Source: an uncultured Candidatus Rokubacteria bacterium (GTDB lineage Bacteria > Methylomirabilota > Methylomirabilia > Rokubacteriales > DASRDR01). From it: a stretch of 64,000 nt of DNA. Positions within the stretch are counted from its first letter, which is position 1. Each line of letters begins with the position of its first letter. Positions 57,844 to 64,000 of this stretch are shown here, one piece after another. The stretch is from NCBI GenBank assembly GCA_963708025.1, contig CAVPSB010000010.1, positions 96,001 through 160,000 on the forward strand, in the 5' to 3' direction. The notes under the pieces were generated by a model. That model did no database searches, was not told where the DNA came from, and saw only the letters and a program-made list of their open reading frames with translations. A program made the translations under genes and the position numbers.

Positions 57844-58395
57844 ATGGAAACGCACATCAGCGGCCGCGGCGTTGACCTGTCCCCGGCGCTGCGACGCCGC
57901 GTCGAGACGAAGGTCGCCAAGGTGACCCGGTTCCTGACGAAGATCACCGAGGCGCGGGTGGTCCTGGAGCGGGAGCGCCACCGGCACCTGGCCGAGGTGA
58001 CCCTCCAGGCCAAGGGCGCAACACTTCACGCCGAGGGCGCCGCCGGCGACTTCTACGCCGCCCTCGACCTGGCGGTGGAGAACCTCGCCCGGCAAGCGCG
58101 GCGCCGGAAGGACCGCATCCGGGCCCGCAAGCCGCGCCCGTCGCGCCTGGCGCCGGCGACTCCCGGGTCGCTGGCGATCGTCGAGGCGGGGGCGGCCCCG
58201 GGCGAGGGGCCGGAGGCGCCGGAGGTGGTGATCCGGCGGCTCGCCGCCAAGCCGATGTCCGTCGACGAAGCGCTCGAGCAGATGCGGGGCCGCTCGGACG
58301 GCCTGCTCGTCTTCACCAACGCGCGGAGCCGCCTGGTCAACGTCCTCCACCGCCGGCCGGACGGATCGCTGGAACTGGTCCAGCCGGCCGGATAG
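57844..58395 (+). CDS. hpf: Ribosome hibernation factor, long HPF/RaiA
   Basis: ISGRGVDLSPAL, YAALDLAVE, KPMSVDEALEQM; follows rpoN. Confidence 0.9.
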   Translation: METHISGRGVDLSPALRRRVETKVAKVTRFLTKITEARVVLERERHRHLAEVTLQAKGATLHAEGAAGDFYAALDLAVENLARQARRRKDRIRARKPRPSRLAPATPGSLAIVEAGAAPGEGPEAPEVVIRRLAAKPMSVDEALEQMRGRSDGLLVFTNARSRLVNVLHRRPDGSLELVQPAG

Positions 58396-58419
58396 GGAAC
58401 CGCCGGGACCGAGCCGAGC

Positions 58420-59343
58420 GTGACGATACCCGCCGAGCAGCCCCGGAGCGACGCGTCCCGTGCGACGGAGCGGGAGGACTCGGATCGCCTGCGCCTCATC
58501 ATCATCACGGGGCTGTCGGGCGCCGGCAAGAGCTACACCATCAAGTGCTTCGAGGACCTGGGGTACTACTGCGTCGACAACCTGCCCACGACGCTGATCC
58601 CCACGTTCGCCGAGCTGTGCGCCCATTCGACCCGCGAGATCCGGCGCATCGCCCTCGGCGTCGACATCCGGGAGGGCGAGTACCTCAAGCCGGTGGCCGA
58701 GGTCCTCGGCCAGTTGCGCGCGCGCGGCTACGCGACCGAGGTGCTCTTCCTGGAGGCGTCGGAGGAGAGCCTGGTCCGCCGCTACCACGAGACGCGACGG
58801 CGGCACCCGGTCAGCCCGACCCTCCTGGAGGGCATCCGCGCCGAGCGCCAGCTGCTGGCGCAGCTCCGGGAACTGGCCGACCGCGTGATCGACACCTCCC
58901 ACATCACCGTCCATCAGCTCAAGCAGATGCTGGTCGAGCTGTACGGCGAGCGGGAGGCCCGGCTGGGCCTGAACGTCAACCTAGTCTCGTTCGGCTACAA
59001 GTTCGGGGTTCCCTACGACGCCGACCTCGTCTTCGACTGCCGGTTCCTGCCCAACCCCTTCTTCGTCGAGGCGCTGCAGGCCAAGGACGGACGGGCGGCC
59101 GAGGTGCGCCGATTCGTCTTCGACCAGGCCGAGAGCCGCGAGCTGCTCGCGCGCCTCCGGGACCTGCTGGCCTATCTCCTGCCGCGCTACCAGCGCGAGG
59201 GGAAGGCCCACCTGACCGTCGCCGTCGGCTGCACCGGGGGTCGCCACCGCTCGGTCGCGCTCGTCGAGGAGCTGCGTGAGTTCATCGAGGCCCAGGGGTT
59301 GCCGGCGAGCGTGTCTCATCGCGACGTCAACCGCGAAGCGTAG
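58420..59343 (+). CDS. rapZ: RNase adapter RapZ family
   Basis: TGLSGAGKS, VDNLP, SFGYKFG, RFLPNP, GCTGGRHRSV. Confidence 0.95.
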   Translation: MTIPAEQPRSDASRATEREDSDRLRLIIITGLSGAGKSYTIKCFEDLGYYCVDNLPTTLIPTFAELCAHSTREIRRIALGVDIREGEYLKPVAEVLGQLRARGYATEVLFLEASEESLVRRYHETRRRHPVSPTLLEGIRAERQLLAQLRELADRVIDTSHITVHQLKQMLVELYGEREARLGLNVNLVSFGYKFGVPYDADLVFDCRFLPNPFFVEALQAKDGRAAEVRRFVFDQAESRELLARLRDLLAYLLPRYQREGKAHLTVAVGCTGGRHRSVALVEELREFIEAQGLPASVSHRDVNREA

Positions 59344-59462
59344 CGGGGCGAGAAGCGTCGCCCAGCGTCGTCCTCGGTCGTCGCCGATCCTCGGCGTACT
59401 CGGAGTACGCCTGTGGTCGGCGACTCCCTGCGTCCTAGCTGGGCTCGCTTCTCGGCCCGCTA
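59341..59462 (+). mobile_element. Family A element, copy 8: compact TA-bounded MITE-like form
   Basis: TAGCGGGGCGAGAAGCG ... CGCTTCTCGGCCCGCTA, a 17-nt inverted repeat with 1 mismatch; begins at the rapZ TAG. Confidence 0.85.
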
Positions 59463-59523
59463 TCGCGATCACTGGACGCAGGATCGAGTGCCCTGCGGCG
59501 GGGGGTCTGATAGGATCGAAGGG

Positions 59524-61614
59524 ATGAGCGTCACCTTCATCTTCGGCGTCCACAACCATCAGCCGCTCGGCAACTTCGATCATGTTCTTGAGGAGGCGGT
59601 CGAACGCGCGTATCGGCCGTTCCTCCAGACGCTCCACCGCTTCCCGGACGTCCGCGCGCTCGTCCATACCTCGGGCTTGCTGCTCGAGTGGTGGGAAGCC
59701 CACGCCCCCGACGTCCTCGACCTCCTGGCCGAGCTGGCCGGCCGGGGCCAGGTCGAGCCGCTGACCGGCGGCTTCACCGAGCCGATCCTGCCGCTCCTGC
59801 CCGACCACGACAAGGTCGGGCAGATCCGGGCGCTGACGGAGCGGGTGACAAAGCGCCTCGGCGTCCGGCCCCGGGGGATGTGGCTCGCCGAGCGGGTGTG
59901 GGAGCCGCACCTGGCCCGGCCGCTCGCCGAGGCCGGCGTCGAGTACATCCTGGTCGACGACCACCACTTCGCGATGGCCGGGCTCGACCCGGACCAGCTC
60001 TCGGGCTACTACCTCACCGAGGAGCAGGGCGCGACCGTCGCGGTGTTCCCCATCAACCAGCGGCTGCGATACCAGATCCCCTTCGGCTCCGTCGAGCAGG
60101 TCTTCGCCATCCTCCGCGAGCGCGCCGCCAGCGGCGGGGCGCTCACCATGGTCGACGACGGGGAGAAGTTCGGGATCTGGCCCCACACCTACCACAGCGT
60201 CTACGAGGAGGGGTGGCTCGAGGCCTTCTTCGCCGGCCTGCCCCGGCAGCCGGGCGTGGAGCTGGCGACGGCGGCCGAGTACCTCGACCGCCACCCGCCC
60301 ACCGGCCGCGTGTACCTCCCGACGACGAGCTACCGCGAGATGACCGAGTGGGCGCTCACCCCGGAGGCGGCCGCCGAGCTGGATCGCACGCGGCGAGCCG
60401 TCGAAGGCCTCGCCGGCCCGGCCGCCGCCCGGCTGCTGCGGGGTGGCTTCTGGCGGAACTTCCTGGTCCGCTACCCGGAGGTCAACGACACCTACCGCAA
60501 GATGCTCCGCGTGAGCAACCGCGTGGCGGCGGGCCTCGCCGTCCGGCCCACCGACCCCGGGCTGCTGGCCGCGCGGGACCTCCTCTGGCGGGGTCAGTGC
60601 AACGACGCCTACTGGCACGGCGTCTTCGGCGGGGTGTACCTGCCGCACCTCCGGCGGGCGGTCCGGGGGGCCCTGCTGGCCGCCGAGGCCCGGCTCGACG
60701 CGGCCGAGCCCGATGCCCCGCGCATCGTCCACGAGAGCGGCGACCTGGACGGCGACGGCGACGACGAGGTGGGGATCCGGTCCGAGCGGCTGAGCCTGCT
60801 GGTCCGGCCGGCCGCCGGCGGCACGGTCACCGAGCTGGCGTACCGACCCCTGGCCTTCGATCTCGCCGACGTGCTGACGCGGCGGCGGGAGATCTCGCAC
60901 CTTCGTATCGCCGAGGCCGAGGAGGCCAGCGGTGCCGGCGCCGTCATGCGCACCATCCACGACACGTGGACGGTCAAGGAGGTCGGGCTGGCCCGCCTGC
61001 TCGGCTACGACGCCCGACGGCGGTCCTGCCTGGAGGACTACCTCCTTGATCCGGACGGCCCGGTCGAGGTCGACCGGGCGTGGCTGGCGTTCCCGGCGCA
61101 CCGATGCGCGGCGCGGATCGAGACGACGGCGGACCGCGTGGCCGTCGCGCTCGCCGCCGATGGCCGGGCCGGCGAGACGCGCGTCGAGATGACGAAGGTC
61201 CTGGCGGTCCCGGCGGGCGCCGCCCGTCTCCAGGCCCGGTATCGGGTCCGGGCCGAGCGCCCCCTGGCGGCGCGGTTCGCGGTGCGGTGGAACCTCACCC
61301 TGAGCGGGCCGTCCGCCGATCGCTATCATCGCGGGGAGGGCGGCGAGATCCTCGCGCTGGAATCGGTGGGAGAGCAGGAGGGGTCGCGGATCGCGCTGGT
61401 TGACGAGTGGCTGGGGCTGACGGCGACGCTGACCTGGAGCCCACGGGCGCGGATCTTCTGGGCGCCGGTCTACACGGTCTCGCTGTCCGAGGCGGGGCTC
61501 GAACGCGTGTGGCAGGGGGTCGAGCTGACCGTCGTGTGGCCGGTCGACCTCGGCCCCCGGCCGTGGAGCGCCGAGATGGCGCTGGGCGTCTCCCACCGGG
61601 AGGGCGGGGCGTGA
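59524..61614 (+). CDS. GH57 alpha-amylase/4-alpha-glucanotransferase
   Basis: HNHQP, WLAERVWEP, DDGEKFG, GQCNDAYWHGVFGG; ATG 59524. Confidence 0.92.
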   Translation: MSVTFIFGVHNHQPLGNFDHVLEEAVERAYRPFLQTLHRFPDVRALVHTSGLLLEWWEAHAPDVLDLLAELAGRGQVEPLTGGFTEPILPLLPDHDKVGQIRALTERVTKRLGVRPRGMWLAERVWEPHLARPLAEAGVEYILVDDHHFAMAGLDPDQLSGYYLTEEQGATVAVFPINQRLRYQIPFGSVEQVFAILRERAASGGALTMVDDGEKFGIWPHTYHSVYEEGWLEAFFAGLPRQPGVELATAAEYLDRHPPTGRVYLPTTSYREMTEWALTPEAAAELDRTRRAVEGLAGPAAARLLRGGFWRNFLVRYPEVNDTYRKMLRVSNRVAAGLAVRPTDPGLLAARDLLWRGQCNDAYWHGVFGGVYLPHLRRAVRGALLAAEARLDAAEPDAPRIVHESGDLDGDGDDEVGIRSERLSLLVRPAAGGTVTELAYRPLAFDLADVLTRRREISHLRIAEAEEASGAGAVMRTIHDTWTVKEVGLARLLGYDARRRSCLEDYLLDPDGPVEVDRAWLAFPAHRCAARIETTADRVAVALAADGRAGETRVEMTKVLAVPAGAARLQARYRVRAERPLAARFAVRWNLTLSGPSADRYHRGEGGEILALESVGEQEGSRIALVDEWLGLTATLTWSPRARIFWAPVYTVSLSEAGLERVWQGVELTVVWPVDLGPRPWSAEMALGVSHREGGA

Positions 61615-61991
61615 AGGTCCGTCCGGAGGACCTGCCGGTCCGCATCGACAAGCCCTGGGGACACGAGATCTGGTACGCCTGGACCGACCGGTACGTCGGC
61701 AAGATCCTCCACGTCAAGCGCGGCGGGAAGTTGTCGCTCCAGTACCACCAGCGGAAGGACGAGACGAGCTACGTGCTGCGGGGCCGCTTGCTGCTCACCA
61801 AGGGGCCGAGCGTGGACCGGCTGACCGTGACCGAGGTCGGCGAGGGGCACACTTGGCGGAACCGCCCCGGCGAGGTCCACACGATCGAGGGGCTGGAGGA
61901 CGCCGACATCCTGGAAGTCTCCACGCCGGAGCTCGACGACGTGGTGCGACTCCGGGACCTGTACGGCCGCGAAGGAACCAGCAACCCCTGA
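61611..61991 (+). CDS. Cupin protein (mannose-6-phosphate isomerase-like)
   Basis: KPWG, LSLQYH, KDET, EVSTPELDDVVRL..YGR; GTGA overlap. Confidence 0.88.
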   Translation: MKVRPEDLPVRIDKPWGHEIWYAWTDRYVGKILHVKRGGKLSLQYHQRKDETSYVLRGRLLLTKGPSVDRLTVTEVGEGHTWRNRPGEVHTIEGLEDADILEVSTPELDDVVRLRDLYGREGTSNP

Positions 61992-62222
61992 CGGGCGGGG
62001 CCGATGAGCGTCGCAACGTCGATCTCGGTCGGGACGCGCTCGGCCTGCGGCCTCGCGTCCGTCCCGACCTATGGTCGTCCTCGGTCGTCGCCCATCCTCG
62101 GCGTATGCGGCAGTACGCCTGCGGTCGGCGACTCCCTGCGTCTGTCGGACGGGCTTCGGCCTGTGGGCGCTGCTCGCTCCTCGGCCCCGCCCGAGAGCTT
62201 CGCTTCCGTGCCACGACTCTAA
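61988..62222 (+). mobile_element. Family A element, copy 9 (CTGA...CTAA)
   Basis: Begins at the cupin TGA; inverted ends, three modules and a shortened tail. Confidence 0.87.
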
Positions 62223-62247
62223 CGGTGTCGTCGGGGGTTCGTTCACC

Positions 62248-62277
62248 TTGAGCGGATGCGGAGGTGCGTGTTACACT
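62248..62277 (+). promoter_or_regulatory. Candidate sigma70 promoter of metK-ahcY
   Basis: TTGAGC-N18-TACACT with extended -10 TG. Confidence 0.5.
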
Positions 62278-62338
62278 ACGCGGGTTTGGCACGGGCGCGG
62301 GCGGACCGCTCCCGAGAACCTCGGCTGAGGAGGCGGAG

Positions 62339-63490
62339 ATGGCGCACGACGAGTACCTGTTCACCTCGGAGTCGGTCACCGAGGGCCACCCCGACAAGAT
62401 CGCGGACCAGATCTCCGACGCGGTGCTGGACGCGGTCCTGGAACAGGACCCGATGGGCCGGGTGGCCTGCGAGTCCCTCCTGACGACCGGCCTCGTCGTC
62501 GTGGCGGGGGAGATCACGACGTCCTGCTACGTGGACATCCCCCGGATCGCGCGCGAGACGATCAAGAGCGTCGGATACACCCGCGCCAAGTTCGGCTTCG
62601 ACTACGAGACCTGCGGCGTCATCGTGTCGATCGACGAGCAGTCCTCGGACATCGCGATGGGGGTGGACAAGCTCGGCGCCGGCGACCAGGGGCTCATGTT
62701 CGGCTACGCCTGCACCGAGACCCCCGAGCTGATGCCGGCGCCCATCTCGCTAGCCCACGCGCTCGTCCGGCGCCTGTCCGAGGTCCGCCGGGCGGGAACG
62801 CTGCCGTACCTCCGTCCCGACGGGAAGTCCCAGGTCAGCATCCGGTACGTCGATGGCAAGCCGGTGCGCGTGGAGACGGTCGTCATCTCCACCCAGCACA
62901 GCCCGGAGGTCACGCTCGAGCAGCTCCGCGCCGACGTCGTGCAGCACGTGGTCGCCCCGACCATTCCGCCGGCCATGCTCGACCCGAAGCGGATCACCTA
63001 CCACATCAACCCCACCGGCCGCTTCGTCATCGGCGGGCCGCAGGGAGACACCGGGCTCACCGGCCGGAAGATCATCGTGGACACCTACGGCGGCTCGTGC
63101 CCGCACGGCGGCGGCGCCTTCTCCGGGAAGGACCCGACGAAGGTAGACCGGTCGGCCTCGTACATGGCGCGGCACGTGGCGAAGAACATCGTGGCGGCCG
63201 GCCTGGCCGAGCGCTGCATGGTCCAGGTCGCCTACGCCATCGGGGTGGCGGACCCGGTGTCGATCATGGTCGAGACCTTCGGAACCGGGAAGGTGCCGAC
63301 GGCCAAGCTCGAACAGATGATCCGGCGCCACTTCGACTTCACCCCGGCCGGCATCATCAAGTACCTCGAGCTCCGGCGGCCCATCTTCCGGAAGACCGCG
63401 GCCTTCGGTCACTTCGGGCGGAGCGAGCCCGAGTTCAGCTGGGAGCGCGTGGATCGCGTCAAGGATCTGCGCGAAGACGCCGGCATCTAG
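62339..63490 (+). CDS. metK: S-adenosylmethionine synthetase
   Basis: [37 protein letters not shown]. Confidence 0.98.
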   Translation: MAHDEYLFTSESVTEGHPDKIADQISDAVLDAVLEQDPMGRVACESLLTTGLVVVAGEITTSCYVDIPRIARETIKSVGYTRAKFGFDYETCGVIVSIDEQSSDIAMGVDKLGAGDQGLMFGYACTETPELMPAPISLAHALVRRLSEVRRAGTLPYLRPDGKSQVSIRYVDGKPVRVETVVISTQHSPEVTLEQLRADVVQHVVAPTIPPAMLDPKRITYHINPTGRFVIGGPQGDTGLTGRKIIVDTYGGSCPHGGGAFSGKDPTKVDRSASYMARHVAKNIVAAGLAERCMVQVAYAIGVADPVSIMVETFGTGKVPTAKLEQMIRRHFDFTPAGIIKYLELRRPIFRKTAAFGHFGRSEPEFSWERVDRVKDLREDAGI

Positions 63491-63502
63491 CAACGAGAAG
63501 GG

Positions 63503-64000
63503 ATGACCACCGTGACGACGCAGCACGACGCGAAGGATTTGAGGCTGGCCGCGGCCGGCCAGGACCGCATCCAGTGGGCGGAGCTGGCCATGCCGGTGCT
63601 CCGCCAGATCCGGGAGCGGTTCGTGACGGAGCAGCCGCTCCAGGGCCTCCGGGTCGGGGCGTGCCTCCACGTGACGACCGAGACGGCGGTGCTGATGCTG
63701 ACCCTCAAGGCCGGCGGTGCCGCGGTCGCCCTCTGCGCCTCGAACCCCCTCTCGACCCAGGACGAGGTGGCGGCGGCGCTGGTCAAGGAGCACGGCATCC
63801 CGGTCTTCGCCCAGAAGGGCGAGGACAACGAGCGGTACTACCGCCACATCCAGGCCGTCCTCGCCACCGCCCCCCAGGTGACCATGGACGACGGCGCCGA
63901 CCTGATCTCCACGCTCCACGGCGACCGGAAGGACCTGATCCCCCAGATCATCGGGGGCACCGAGGAGACGACCACCGGCGTGCTCCGCCTCCGGGCGATG
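63503..64000 (+). CDS. ahcY: Adenosylhomocysteinase, 5' part (runs off window)
   Basis: Manual translation from ATG 63503: MPVL, ACLHVTTETA, ASNPLSTQD, DDGADL, EETTTG. Confidence 0.95.
   Translation, partial: MTTVTTQHDAKDLRLAAAGQDRIQWAELAMPVLRQIRERFVTEQPLQGLRVGACLHVTTETAVLMLTLKAGGAAVALCASNPLSTQDEVAAALVKEHGIPVFAQKGEDNERYYRHIQAVLATAPQVTMDDGADLISTLHGDRKDLIPQIIGGTEETTTGVLRLRAM

Noticed and set aside
62223-62338. SAM or SAH riboswitch before metK
   Set aside because: Short leader after the candidate promoter with no recognisable aptamer motifs.

Overview
Very GC-rich bacterial chromosomal region of mostly core genes; gene style suggests Ca. Rokubacteria/Methylomirabilota (inference, not verified). 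It holds a heterodimeric ABC exporter, DNA repair genes (ATL, nfo, nth, HNH-uvrB-uvrC), a TetR-headed RND/TolC/MacAB efflux cluster, class II ribonucleotide reductase, proline dehydrogenase plus aconitase X, leuS-lptE-holA, rpsT, murJ-dtd-xerD-cca-pyrG-kdsA/D/C-lptCAB-rpoN-hpf-rapZ, a GH57 enzyme, metK and the start of ahcY. No rRNA, tRNA, CRISPR array, prophage or transposase was seen. The unusual signals lie mostly outside the ORF track. (1) A modular palindromic repeat family (family A, 9 intergenic copies) starts at or next to stop codons, is often bounded by CTAG or TA, is always co-oriented with transcription, shows compensatory base changes, and has also entered coding sequence in frame. 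(2) The 3' end of xerD occurs three times, with mostly synonymous divergence, around one family A copy. (3) A peroxiredoxin has an in-frame UGA at its catalytic Cys position (probable selenoprotein). (4) A second, triplex/G4-like repeat family (family B) is present. (5) Smaller anomalies include holA without a canonical start at the expected position, a His-less hybrid kinase, a frameshifted TPR gene and an orphan panE fragment.
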